A stretch of 64,000 nucleotides of DNA. Origin: an uncultured Candidatus Saccharibacteria bacterium (GTDB lineage Bacteria; Patescibacteriota; Minisyncoccia; Phycocordibacterales; UBA9973). The stretch is taken from NCBI GenBank assembly GCA_964646765.1, contig CAZYIA010000003.1, positions 2,815 through 66,814 on the forward strand, written 5' to 3'. Below the pieces are notes generated by a model that had not been told where the DNA came from, did not search any database, and saw only the letters and a program-made list of their open reading frames with translations. Position 1 is the first letter of the stretch. Every line of letters starts with the position of its first letter. Made by a program: the position numbers and the translations under genes. This document shows positions 1 to 9,389 of the stretch, piece after piece.

Positions 1-357
1 CACTATGACAATAACGGCAAAGTAGTTACCGGCCCTGCTTCTCGCGGCGGCAACAACTACACTTCTGTAAAACCAGTAACTGATAACAGGAATTTTGCGC
101 AAGCAAAAACGAATCAGTTCCAACCGAAGCAGTATCAACCTGCTTCAACTGGTAATAATTTCCAAAAACAGAATTTTCAGCCGAAGCAGCAGGCATCACA
201 GCAACGGTTTAATCAACCGAAGCAGCAAATGAATGCACCTCAGCGTTCGTTTACTCCATCTAACCAAGGAAGAGGCAATATGCAACAGATGCGTTCTGCC
301 TCCTCCTCTAACAGAGGTGGTGGTGGACAAAGAATGGCTATGATGGGCCATCGCTAA
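1..357 (+). CDS. 3' end of a gene starting upstream of the window; Q/N/G-rich low-complexity C-terminal tail, product not identifiable
   Basis: Frame 1 is open from the window edge to TAA at 355-357. The translation (..NFQPKQ..RGGGGQRMAMMGHR) is low complexity and has no recognisable domain. Confidence 0.4.
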   Translation, partial: HYDNNGKVVTGPASRGGNNYTSVKPVTDNRNFAQAKTNQFQPKQYQPASTGNNFQKQNFQPKQQASQQRFNQPKQQMNAPQRSFTPSNQGRGNMQQMRSASSSNRGGGGQRMAMMGHR

Positions 358-605
358 TGTTTTCTGTAGCGCAATAATAATGCGCAAAAATTGAAACTTG
401 GTTTTTCTAAATACGGGTGGGAAGGGTTCCTTAAAAAGTTCCTTTCCCCCTACTTTCAAGCTCTGAATCTTCCCTAGTTACATAACGGGGATCCGGTTGA
501 GCGCTTGATGGTAGGACTTTCCTAAAAAGGGAAGAAATTATAAGGCATTGACAATTATTAGAAGTCGTTCTAAGGTTCGCCTATTGACAGGTAGGTAGAA
601 TACGT

Positions 606-2822
606 ATGAAAAAAGCATTTAAAAATCTTTTCGTTCTCGGGGTGCTCGGCGCACTCTTCTTTTCTGTTGGAACTGCTTTTGCTCAAGAGCAGTTTTCAAC
701 GATGACTCCATTGCTTCGCTCAAAGCTTAATGAGGGTTCAAATTATAATAACTCGCTCGGTTGGAGCACATCGACCTCTGGAGTGAATGGAGGGGACACG
801 GTTGCCCTTACGGTGTTTCTCTATAATCCATCGCAGCAAACCGCGAATAACGTTCGCATCACTCTTACTCCGCAGTCGACTGGTTCAGTATCACAGCAGA
901 CATTTACGGCGACACTTACTGCTGACAACTTTGCGCAAGCAAATGGCAGTACTAGTGTTTCTTTAAATACCCCGACGACACTGACATTCACTGGGATCGA
1001 CTCACAAGGAGCAACTGCAGTTGCCCTTTGGAAGGATCTTGGCGGCACTAACGGTACTAGTGATGCAACTGTTTCATATATTGATGGTTCAGCACTCTTT
1101 AATGGTGGTTTAAATATCGGCTCCCTTGCCCCAGACTGTCCTGGAGATGGTGGCTGTCACCAGGGGGCTCTTGTTATTCATTTCCGTGCAGGTCAAGGAC
1201 AACAGCAGTCGCAGTGTTACATCAATAACTTCTACGCCTCACCATCAAACGTTTCGTACGGTTCAGCAACTACGCTCTACTGGAACTCAACAGGTTGTAC
1301 TAGCGCCAGTATTTCTGGACCTGGTATCTCAAGTACCAACCAGGGTCCGAACGGTTCAATTGGAACCAATGCTCTCTACAATTCTGCAACGTATACCATT
1401 ACCGCCTATGGGTCGGGAGGTTCTGACTCGCGTACTACGTATGTAACTGTAAATCAACAACAGCAACAGAGTTGTTCAATTTCTGCCTACGCTCTTCAAA
1501 ACCAAGTTTCCTACGGTGGTTCAACAACCCTCTACTGGAATTCAACTGGTGTAAACACCGTGTACATTTCTGGTTTGAACTATAACAACTACTACAATCA
1601 GTCATACTCAGGTTCAGTTTCAACCGGAGCAATTTACAACACTCAAACCTATACCTTTACTGCAAACTGTCAGAACGGTGGAACACAACAGCAGACAGTA
1701 ACAGTGTACGCAAATCAGCAGCAAACCTATCAGTGTAACGATGGATATGACAACGATGGCGATGGAAAAATCGACATGAATGATCCAGGTTGTACTTCAG
1801 TTTACGACAATGATGAATACAATCAGGCAACTGCTTCAGTAGTTACGGTGGATGCTTCAAGTATTACCCAGTCGTCTGCTCGCTTGAATGGTCTCTTGGT
1901 TAACTCTGGTGGTTATGCAACGAACGGCTACTTCCAGTGGGGAACAACGAGTGCTCTTGGTACAGCAACTTCAGCAATTTCTCTCGGTAGTGTTGGAACT
2001 AATTTCTACACGACAATCTTTGGTCTCTCGCCAAATACTACGTACTACTTCCGTGCAGTAGCAACAAACGCACTCGGAACATTTTATGGAGATATTGAAT
2101 CATTTGTAACTCCACCAGCAACAGTAATTACTCCACCGACCGTTGTTAACACAACAACAATTGTTTCGGGAACTGGTTCAGGTTCAAATCTTATTCAGCT
2201 TGAAATCGTTCCGAACAACTCAAACGTTGTTGGTATCACCACTGCAGGCGTAACAACTGCACCGACAGAAAATCCAATTATCGCTAATGTCTGTGTGGCT
2301 GACCACGTTACCTACCGTGTGTACTACAAAAATATTTCTGGTCGCACATTAAATGATGCAATCTTACACGTTGAGTTACCAAAGGATGTTACCTTTGAAG
2401 GAACAACTGCTGGTATTTATAACGCTTCTGATAGCACCATTACACTTCCAATTGGTACGCTCATCAAAAACCAAGACGGAACTTTCTTCATCACGGTAAC
2501 TGTGCTCCGCAGTGCTGTTGATCGCGACCTTCTTGTTGCAACCGCAACTATTACCGTTGAAAATCCAACCACGCTTGCTCGTGAGAATGCTATCGCTTAC
2601 GGTTTGGTTTCTACCACCCAATGTGCGAAGAATGGTCTTCTCGGCCTTGCGCTCTTCTCAGGATTCTGGCCAACAAGCCTTATTGGTTGGTTAATTCTTC
2701 TTCTCTTGGTTCTTATGGTGGTCTACCTTGCGAGTCGCTTTTACCGCGACCGTCGACCAGTAGCTCGCCCAGCTCCTCACTACGAGGATATGGATGTCCC
2801 AACGTATCGCCCGGGTCACTAA
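606..2822 (+). CDS. Large cell-surface protein with an N-terminal signal peptide, two tandem ~90-aa Ig-like repeats separated by poly-Q linkers, an FN3-like module and a C-terminal TM anchor
   Basis: ATG at 606. N-terminus MKKAFKNLFVLGVLGALFFSVGTAFA is a signal peptide. The motif SYG..TTLYWNSTG..Y.ITA.G is repeated twice. The module CNDGYDNDGDGKIDMNDPGC and an FN3-like 'NTTYYFRAVATN' are present. The C-terminal hydrophobic stretch LILLLLVLMVVYLASRFYRDRR is followed by a basic tail. Confidence 0.75.
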   Translation: MKKAFKNLFVLGVLGALFFSVGTAFAQEQFSTMTPLLRSKLNEGSNYNNSLGWSTSTSGVNGGDTVALTVFLYNPSQQTANNVRITLTPQSTGSVSQQTFTATLTADNFAQANGSTSVSLNTPTTLTFTGIDSQGATAVALWKDLGGTNGTSDATVSYIDGSALFNGGLNIGSLAPDCPGDGGCHQGALVIHFRAGQGQQQSQCYINNFYASPSNVSYGSATTLYWNSTGCTSASISGPGISSTNQGPNGSIGTNALYNSATYTITAYGSGGSDSRTTYVTVNQQQQQSCSISAYALQNQVSYGGSTTLYWNSTGVNTVYISGLNYNNYYNQSYSGSVSTGAIYNTQTYTFTANCQNGGTQQQTVTVYANQQQTYQCNDGYDNDGDGKIDMNDPGCTSVYDNDEYNQATASVVTVDASSITQSSARLNGLLVNSGGYATNGYFQWGTTSALGTATSAISLGSVGTNFYTTIFGLSPNTTYYFRAVATNALGTFYGDIESFVTPPATVITPPTVVNTTTIVSGTGSGSNLIQLEIVPNNSNVVGITTAGVTTAPTENPIIANVCVADHVTYRVYYKNISGRTLNDAILHVELPKDVTFEGTTAGIYNASDSTITLPIGTLIKNQDGTFFITVTVLRSAVDRDLLVATATITVENPTTLARENAIAYGLVSTTQCAKNGLLGLALFSGFWPTSLIGWLILLLLVLMVVYLASRFYRDRRPVARPAPHYEDMDVPTYRPGH

Positions 2823-2905
2823 CACCCTATAGAGACAATGTAGAATCCGCTCCAAAAGGGCGGATTTTGCGTGATAAAATAAGGGATAGGCAAAAAGCCT
2901 CTACT

Positions 2906-3349
2906 ATGAAAAAAACTTTTACCATTTCAGAACTCCCCGATATCGCGAAAATGATACTCGCTCATGTTGGTAAGGAAAAACGTGAGGGTGCATTGGTTGT
3001 GACCGTTACTGGAGATTTAGGCGCTGGGAAGACCTCGCTTATTCAAGCAATCGCTAAAAAATTACAGATTAAGGAAACAGTGCATAGTCCAACCTTTGTT
3101 ATTTTAAAACGGTATCTAATTCCTAAAACAGCATCCTTAGGGGTTCGGTTTTCCAACCTAATTCATATCGACGCCTACCGTTTGATGCACGAACAAGAAC
3201 TTTCTAAATTAGGTTGGCATGAATTAGTGCACGATCAAAAAAATCTTATTTTTCTTGAGTGGCCAGAAAAAGTTCCTGGTCTTATTCCTAAAGATGCCAT
3301 CTCTATTTCACTCGATCACAAAGGGGAAGCTCGGCGGATTTCGTGGTAG
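2906..3349 (+). CDS. tsaE: tRNA threonylcarbamoyladenosine biosynthesis protein TsaE (YjeE-type P-loop ATPase)
   Basis: Internal ATG at 2906 in ORF 2621..3349. MKKTFTISELPDIAKMIL...VTVTGDLGAGKTSLIQAIAK is the characteristic TsaE P-loop. The upstream extension overlaps the preceding gene and is rejected. Confidence 0.75.
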   Translation: MKKTFTISELPDIAKMILAHVGKEKREGALVVTVTGDLGAGKTSLIQAIAKKLQIKETVHSPTFVILKRYLIPKTASLGVRFSNLIHIDAYRLMHEQELSKLGWHELVHDQKNLIFLEWPEKVPGLIPKDAISISLDHKGEARRISW

Positions 3350-3360
3350 AGTAAGAACTT

Positions 3361-4050
3361 ATGACTCAATCTGCAGAAATCATCCGACAAGTTAGTGCTC
3401 TTTCTTACCTAGGTATTTTTGGGCTTTCATTACTTGCGAATGTTGTTATCCCAGTGCCTGAAGAAATCTCCCTATTGGCTATTGGCTACGTTATCGGCAT
3501 GGGGAAGATTGATCCATTTATTACCACAGCTATTGTTATTGCGGGGCTTTTGGTTAGTGATCTGGTAATCTTTGTTCTTGCTCGCGGAGGGAATAAACCG
3601 TTGTCATTCATCTATAATAAATTTTTTGCGCGCACCCTTTCTAAAGATCCGGACTTTGTAAAAAAACATGTAGAAAAATTTATTTTCTTCTCACGATTTC
3701 TTGTGCAGCTGCGGTTCCTTGGGCCATTTTTGGCCGGGAAAGAAAAAACGTCACTCCGTACTTTTTTAACCTACGAATTTGCTGCACTTTTTCTCTATGT
3801 TCCAATTCTCCTTGCTTTGGGTGATTATTTCCGCGACCGATTTGAAGCAGTCGTTAGTGACTTAGGGGCAGTGCGCAATATCATTCTTATTATTATCGGT
3901 ATTTTTCTTCTCCTCTCTGTTATGCGGGTGATTCGTCAGTTTTTCTTAGGAGATCTTCTCATTTCCCTCAAAAGCGAAAACGAAGAATATGAAAAAACCT
4001 GGATTCCAGGCCTTCTTCGTCGTAAAGAAGAAATGACCCAAGCAGAATAG
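3361..4050 (+). CDS. DedA/TVP38-family integral membrane protein
   Basis: Multi-TM protein with the VTT-type motif ANVVIPVPEEISLLAIGY. Confidence 0.6.
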   Translation: MTQSAEIIRQVSALSYLGIFGLSLLANVVIPVPEEISLLAIGYVIGMGKIDPFITTAIVIAGLLVSDLVIFVLARGGNKPLSFIYNKFFARTLSKDPDFVKKHVEKFIFFSRFLVQLRFLGPFLAGKEKTSLRTFLTYEFAALFLYVPILLALGDYFRDRFEAVVSDLGAVRNIILIIIGIFLLLSVMRVIRQFFLGDLLISLKSENEEYEKTWIPGLLRRKEEMTQAE

Positions 4051-4073
4051 GGAGAGTAGGGTATACTCTTCGT

Positions 4074-6464
4074 ATGGCTAAAGAGGCACGAAAAAAGCTG
4101 GTTTTACTTGACTCCCACGCGATTATTCACCGGGCATATCATGCCTTACCAGATTTTTCGTCGTCGAAAGGAGAGCCAACGGGGGCGCTTTACGGGCTCT
4201 CCACGATGCTTTTGCGTATCGTTACTGACTTAAAACCCGATTATATTATTGCTTGTTACGATCTTCCCCAGAAAACATTTCGTCATGAAGCATATGATGC
4301 CTATAAGGCAGGGAGAGCAAAAGCCGATGAAGCTCTTATCTCTCAGATCATTGAATCACGTCGCGTTTTCGAAGCCTTTGGTGTGCCTATTTATGATGCC
4401 GTTGGGTTTGAGGCCGATGACGTGCTTGGGACAATTGTTGAAATAAGTCGAAGCGAAAAAGATCTTGATATTATCATTGCTTCCGGAGACATGGACACAC
4501 TCCAGCTTGTTGAGGGTACGCGTGTATCTGTTTTTACGTTACGAAAGGGAATTAATGACACCGTGCTCTACGACGAAGAGAGCGTGCTTGAGCGTTTCGG
4601 TTTTAAGCCAAAACTCTTACCTGACTATAAAGGTCTTCGTGGAGATCCATCTGATAACATTATTGGGATCAAAGGTATTGGCGAGAAAACCGCGCAGATT
4701 TTAATTTCTAAAATTGGAACTATTGAGAACCTCTATAAAAAATTAAAAACTGAAAAAGGGAAAAAGGAAATTAAAGAATTAGGGCTTACTGATCGAGTGG
4801 TGAATCTTTTGGTTGAAGGTGAAGAAGAAGCGCTATTCTCAAAAACGCTTGCAACGATTCGTCGCGATGCCCCAATTGCGTTCACGGTACCAGAAAAAAC
4901 ATTTCGTCAGTCCATTATTCTCGCCAACATTGAAGCACTTTTTCGAGAACTCGAGTTTCGCTCGCTGGTGGATCGGTTGCGCAAAGTGTTTGCTGAACAA
5001 GCGGCAGTACAAACAACCATGTTCGAAGAGGCTAACATTTCATCTTTTGATCCAAAGCAGCTCAAAGAACTTACCATTGCAGTTTGGCTTTTAAATAGTG
5101 AGGAAGGGTTACCAACCCCAGAGGATGTCTTAAGGTATAAAAATGCAGCTACAGGAGAAAAAGCCGCTGAGCTTATTTTGGCTGATATTGAGAAAGCCGG
5201 GCTTAGCTATGTCTACAAAACAATTGAACTTCCTCTTATTCCAATAATTTCCAAGATGGAAGAACGTGGAATTGCAGTTGATGTTCAATTTCTTAAAGAG
5301 CTAGGTAAGGAGTACCATAAAAATCTCTCGGCTATTGAGAAAGAAATTTATCGTCATGCCGGGCGAGAATTTAACATCAACTCACCAAAACAGCTCGGTG
5401 AAGTTCTCTATGATGAACTTAAGCTAGGGGAGACGAAAGGTGTACGACTCAAAAAAACTGCTGGTGGTGCACGTTCAACACGCGAGAGTGAGCTCGAAAA
5501 ACTTCGTGAGGCACATCCAATTATCGACGCTATTCTTCGTTTCCGCGAAATTCAAAAACTTCTCTCAACCTATATTGATACTATCCCTGATTTAGTGGGA
5601 AGCGACGGACGTCTCCATGCAAAGTTTCATCAAGCCGGTACGACAACTGGTCGCTTTTCTTCAACTGATCCTAACCTCCAGAATATTCCCATTAAGAACG
5701 ATCTGGGGCGTCGCGTTCGTCGCGGATTCGTCGCGGCAAAAGGACACACACTGCTTTCATTCGACTATTCACAGATTGAACTTCGTATCGCAGCCCTTCT
5801 TTCACAGGATGAATATCTTTTGAAGGTATTTGAAGAAGGCCGGGATGTACATGCCGCGGTTGCTTCTCGAGTGTTTGGTGTTAAAGAAACAGATGTTACT
5901 CGCGAAATGCGCCGTCGCGCAAAGGTTATTAACTTCGGAATTCTCTATGGCATGGGAGTAACAGCCCTTCAACAAAATTTAGGTACTGATAGAAAAGAAG
6001 CTCAAGCTTTTTACGATAATTATTTTGCTGAATTTCCAACGATTCGTGGTTACCTTGATGGAGTACTCGAATTTGCTGAGGCGAAAGGTTTTACCGAAAC
6101 CCTTTTTGGTCGCCGTCGTTACTTTGCTGCTCTTAAATCTAAAATTCCCTTTATTAAGGCCGCAGCAGAGCGTACGGCTATCAATGCTCCAATTCAAGGA
6201 ACTGCTGCTGATGTGCTTAAAATTGCCATGCAGCGCGCCGAGCGTGAACTTGCCGCCCAGAAACTTTCTGACAAAGCCCACCTGCTTCTTCAGGTGCATG
6301 ACGAACTCATTTACGAAGTTGAAGACAGTGTTGTTCAAAAAGTGGAAAGCATTGTTGAGGAAGCAATGCAAAATGCTATTCCACCAGAATTTTTGAAAGG
6401 TAAAAAGCCAGTACCACTTGCTGTTGGTAAAGGGCAAGCTTCTAATTGGGAAGATCTAAAATAA
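4074..6464 (+). CDS. polA: DNA polymerase I (5'-3' exonuclease + polymerase domains)
   Basis: 796 aa. The N-terminal 5'-nuclease domain (LLDSHAIIHRAYHAL..) and the family-A polymerase motifs (RRRAKVINFGILYGMG, QVHDELIYEV) are present. Confidence 0.9.
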   Translation: MAKEARKKLVLLDSHAIIHRAYHALPDFSSSKGEPTGALYGLSTMLLRIVTDLKPDYIIACYDLPQKTFRHEAYDAYKAGRAKADEALISQIIESRRVFEAFGVPIYDAVGFEADDVLGTIVEISRSEKDLDIIIASGDMDTLQLVEGTRVSVFTLRKGINDTVLYDEESVLERFGFKPKLLPDYKGLRGDPSDNIIGIKGIGEKTAQILISKIGTIENLYKKLKTEKGKKEIKELGLTDRVVNLLVEGEEEALFSKTLATIRRDAPIAFTVPEKTFRQSIILANIEALFRELEFRSLVDRLRKVFAEQAAVQTTMFEEANISSFDPKQLKELTIAVWLLNSEEGLPTPEDVLRYKNAATGEKAAELILADIEKAGLSYVYKTIELPLIPIISKMEERGIAVDVQFLKELGKEYHKNLSAIEKEIYRHAGREFNINSPKQLGEVLYDELKLGETKGVRLKKTAGGARSTRESELEKLREAHPIIDAILRFREIQKLLSTYIDTIPDLVGSDGRLHAKFHQAGTTTGRFSSTDPNLQNIPIKNDLGRRVRRGFVAAKGHTLLSFDYSQIELRIAALLSQDEYLLKVFEEGRDVHAAVASRVFGVKETDVTREMRRRAKVINFGILYGMGVTALQQNLGTDRKEAQAFYDNYFAEFPTIRGYLDGVLEFAEAKGFTETLFGRRRYFAALKSKIPFIKAAAERTAINAPIQGTAADVLKIAMQRAERELAAQKLSDKAHLLLQVHDELIYEVEDSVVQKVESIVEEAMQNAIPPEFLKGKKPVPLAVGKGQASNWEDLK

Positions 6465-6515
6465 CTAGATTCTTTTTATATACACTCCGCGTCAGGGGTG
6501 GAGAATGTGTATAGT

Positions 6516-7313
6516 TTATTTTGGGCGAATTTCGGAGTCGAGGCGTTTTGCTTCTGCCCAAGACAGTTCGTAAATTTTTTTCATAGCGTCTGCAATTTCG
6601 GCACTTTCAATAATAATACCAAGTTTTTCTCGCCAAGAAGCAATCATAACTTTATTGTCGTAAATATTTATTTCGGGAGAAAAATAAAATTTGTCTTTTG
6701 GTACAAAGGCGCTCTCTCGAGATTCTTCCTTGTCGTGTCGTCCTCGCTCAAAGCCAATATCAGTGTAGGGAATAATAGCCCGAATAGCGATGCCAGCACC
6801 CGCGCGGCGCTTGTAGTACTTTGGGAAATAGTTTGGAAGTGCAGCATGCATGTCATCCACAGTAGCGTATGCTCGAATTGGTTCGTGGGCAGTCAGTGTA
6901 TCCTCGTATACTTGTTGCATTCCTTCGGTCCCTTCGTAAAAACGCACACGTGGCCGACCAGCAACATTGTGAAGCGATTTTAGTTCTGGCACGAGAGTTT
7001 CTTGCGCAAGTTTTAATGCCTCGTGGCGATTTTTAATTTCTTCTGAAATAAATATCTCAATAGCCTCGGGAGATTCAGCCGCGTATTCTTGTTTTGGTTC
7101 TTTTCCGGAAACACTCGCCAGACCTTTTTGGGTGAGGGAATCCAAAATATCGTAGCCAGTAGTTCGATTAATACCCGCTTTTCGAGCTATCTGAGAAACC
7201 GTTCCTTTTCCTAATTCAAGGAGGGCTAAATACACAGCAACTTCTTTCTCGGAAAAGCCAATAGATGAGAGGGAAGTGCGAACCTTTAAATACTTATCTG
7301 ACTGATTTTTCAT
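6516..7313 (-). CDS. TrmB-family HTH transcriptional regulator
   Basis: N-terminal wHTH GFSEKEVAVYLALLELGKGTVSQIARKAGINRTTGYDILDSLTQKGL is typical of the TrmB family. It is divergent from the Cys-rich protein gene across a 370-bp AT-rich region. Confidence 0.65.
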   Translation of the reverse strand: MKNQSDKYLKVRTSLSSIGFSEKEVAVYLALLELGKGTVSQIARKAGINRTTGYDILDSLTQKGLASVSGKEPKQEYAAESPEAIEIFISEEIKNRHEALKLAQETLVPELKSLHNVAGRPRVRFYEGTEGMQQVYEDTLTAHEPIRAYATVDDMHAALPNYFPKYYKRRAGAGIAIRAIIPYTDIGFERGRHDKEESRESAFVPKDKFYFSPEINIYDNKVMIASWREKLGIIIESAEIADAMKKIYELSWAEAKRLDSEIRPK

Positions 7314-7429
7314 ATTTCTAACCTTATCATATGGAGGCTAATTGTGTCAATAATATTCCACAAAATTATATATTTATTTAAATTAACTTTAAAATAAGGC
7401 TTTAAATAAGAATATATTGACGCTTGGTA

Positions 7430-7458
7430 TTGACAAATTAAAATCAAACTGCTATGCT
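7430..7458 (+). promoter_or_regulatory. Sigma-70-like promoter (TTGACA-17nt-TATGCT) about 230 nt upstream of CDS 7686
   Basis: ttgaca aattaaaatcaaactgc tatgct has near-consensus -35 and -10 elements with 17-nt spacing. It lies in the AT-rich divergent intergenic region. Confidence 0.35.
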
Positions 7459-7685
7459 TTCTGTGAAATTCTATGGTCGTTTAGTAGGTAACTGGTTATA
7501 GACATATGGTAATACTTTTTATTGTGTTGCTAGTGGTCGTGATTGTTTCTGTGAGCCCTTCACCAGATTGTCATAAGAATAAATTTGATTTGCACTAGTA
7601 TGAACACTAATTTTTAGGGTAGAGAAATTGTATTTATCTATCCTATAAAGTTAGTAGCAAATAACGTATACTGACTTTTATATCC

Positions 7686-9383
7686 ATGAAAGATACTCAG
7701 ACAGGTTCGATGCAAACATGCAAGACATGCTCAAAGGAATTTGAAATACGCATGGAAGATAAAATCTTCTACGAGCAGGTAAAGACGGTTTCGCCTTTAT
7801 TTTGCCCAGAATGTCGCATGGCGCAGCGATTACAGTTCCGAAATGAAAGAGTTCTCTATAAGCGACCATGTGATCTGTGTAAGAAAGATATGGTCACACT
7901 CTATTCTCCTGAATCACCATATGTAGTCTACTGCAGTAAGTGTTGGTGGAGTGACGAATGGAATCCAAAAGATTTTGGAATGGAGTACGATCCGAGTAAG
8001 AAATTTTTTGACCAATATCGTGAACTTCAAAGTAAAGTTCCGCGACTCGGATTAGTTGCAATTCAAAATGTACGAAGTGATTACACTAATGGCTCAGCAG
8101 AGAATAAAGATTGCTATCTTGTTTTTGCCGCAGATTATAATGAAGAGTGCTTATACGGACGCTTGCTTCAAAGAGATAAGCAGTGTGTAGACTGCGCTTT
8201 TTTGCACGAATCGGAACTTTGTTACGAATGTATTGACTGCCGAGAATGTTTTAAGTGCATGTTCTCTGAGCAATGTCAGTCTTCAACAGATCTACTGTTT
8301 TGCTACAACCTGAGAAATTCAAATAATTGTATTTTTTGTACTAATGGCAGGAATCTTTCAAACGCAATATTCAACGTCCAATATTCTAAAGAAGAATTCG
8401 AGAAGAAAAAAGCAGAAATTTTAAAAGACTATGAAAGCATTGAAGAAGCAAAAAAAGAGTTTGAAGCACTAAAGAAAAAGACGCTGCGCAAATTTACGAT
8501 GCAGACAAAATGCCACAATGTGACCGGTGACTACATTCACAATTGTTACGATGGTGTGGAGCTCTTTGATACCTACGATGCAAAGAACTGCTCATATATG
8601 AAAGATACCGAAAAGCCTCTTGATAGCATGGACTGCAATAACTATTACTATAATCCGCAACTCGGTTATAACGTCATGGGAGCTCTCGAAGGAAGCATGA
8701 TGAAAAATTCTGCCTTCGTCTTTTACTGTAACGACGTTGAGTACTGTGATAATTGTCATCATCTTTCAAATGGCATTGGTTGCATCTCGATACGGAAAGG
8801 GGATTACATGATTTTAAATAAAAGTTATTCAAAAGAAGAGTATCTTGATATCAAGAAAAAAATTGAGAACCAACTCAAGGAAGATAATTTACTAGGCCAG
8901 TTTTTCCCTCCCAACGTTGCTCCTTTTGCCTACAACGAGTCTTTGATCCAGGACTTTTACCCACTTTCTCGCGAAGAAGCATTACAAAGAGGGTATCGTT
9001 GGCAAGAACACCATACCGGCACTTTCGGTAAAGAAACAATTACCGAGGAAAATATTCCTACAAGTATTGAAACTACTCCCGATTCAGTTCTTTCAGAAAT
9101 TTTAGCTTGTACTGAATGCGGAAAGAATTTTCGTCTCACTGAGATGGAGCTTTCCTTCTATCGTCGTATGGGTATTCCAGTACCACATAAAGACTTTGAG
9201 TGTCGACATCAAGATCGAATGAAAAAGCGTAATAGCATGAAGCTTTGGCACCGTTCCTGTATGTGCGAACAAAATGGGCATGATCATGCCGGTAAGTGTC
9301 CAAATGAATTTGAAACAACCTATGCCCCGGAGCGAAGCGAACAGATTTACTGCGAACCCTGCTATCAAAAAGAGGTTTCCTAA
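7686..9383 (+). CDS. Cys-rich multi-zinc-ribbon protein of unknown function (paralog 1 of 2; 565 aa)
   Basis: About 60 Cys. An N-terminal zinc-ribbon pair (CKTCSKEF..FY..CPECR ... CDLCKK..VYCSKCWW) and a homologous C-terminal ribbon (CTECGKNF..FY..P..CRHQ ... CEPCY). The central CxxCxxCxxC cluster is ESELCYECIDCRECFKC. It has the same length and architecture as CDS 56267..57964. Confidence 0.8.
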   Translation: MKDTQTGSMQTCKTCSKEFEIRMEDKIFYEQVKTVSPLFCPECRMAQRLQFRNERVLYKRPCDLCKKDMVTLYSPESPYVVYCSKCWWSDEWNPKDFGMEYDPSKKFFDQYRELQSKVPRLGLVAIQNVRSDYTNGSAENKDCYLVFAADYNEECLYGRLLQRDKQCVDCAFLHESELCYECIDCRECFKCMFSEQCQSSTDLLFCYNLRNSNNCIFCTNGRNLSNAIFNVQYSKEEFEKKKAEILKDYESIEEAKKEFEALKKKTLRKFTMQTKCHNVTGDYIHNCYDGVELFDTYDAKNCSYMKDTEKPLDSMDCNNYYYNPQLGYNVMGALEGSMMKNSAFVFYCNDVEYCDNCHHLSNGIGCISIRKGDYMILNKSYSKEEYLDIKKKIENQLKEDNLLGQFFPPNVAPFAYNESLIQDFYPLSREEALQRGYRWQEHHTGTFGKETITEENIPTSIETTPDSVLSEILACTECGKNFRLTEMELSFYRRMGIPVPHKDFECRHQDRMKKRNSMKLWHRSCMCEQNGHDHAGKCPNEFETTYAPERSEQIYCEPCYQKEVS

Positions 9384-9389
9384 AGCGCA

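Noticed and set aside
196-459. 87-aa minus-strand ORF in the track
   Set aside because: It is antisense to the Q/N-rich 3' end of the upstream + strand gene. The composition-driven frame stays open and there is no independent support.
2621-2905. 5' extension of the tsaE ORF overlapping the end of the 738-aa surface protein gene
   Set aside because: The extension is Ser/Pro-rich, overlaps a well-supported gene, and the conserved TsaE N-terminus begins at the internal ATG 2906.
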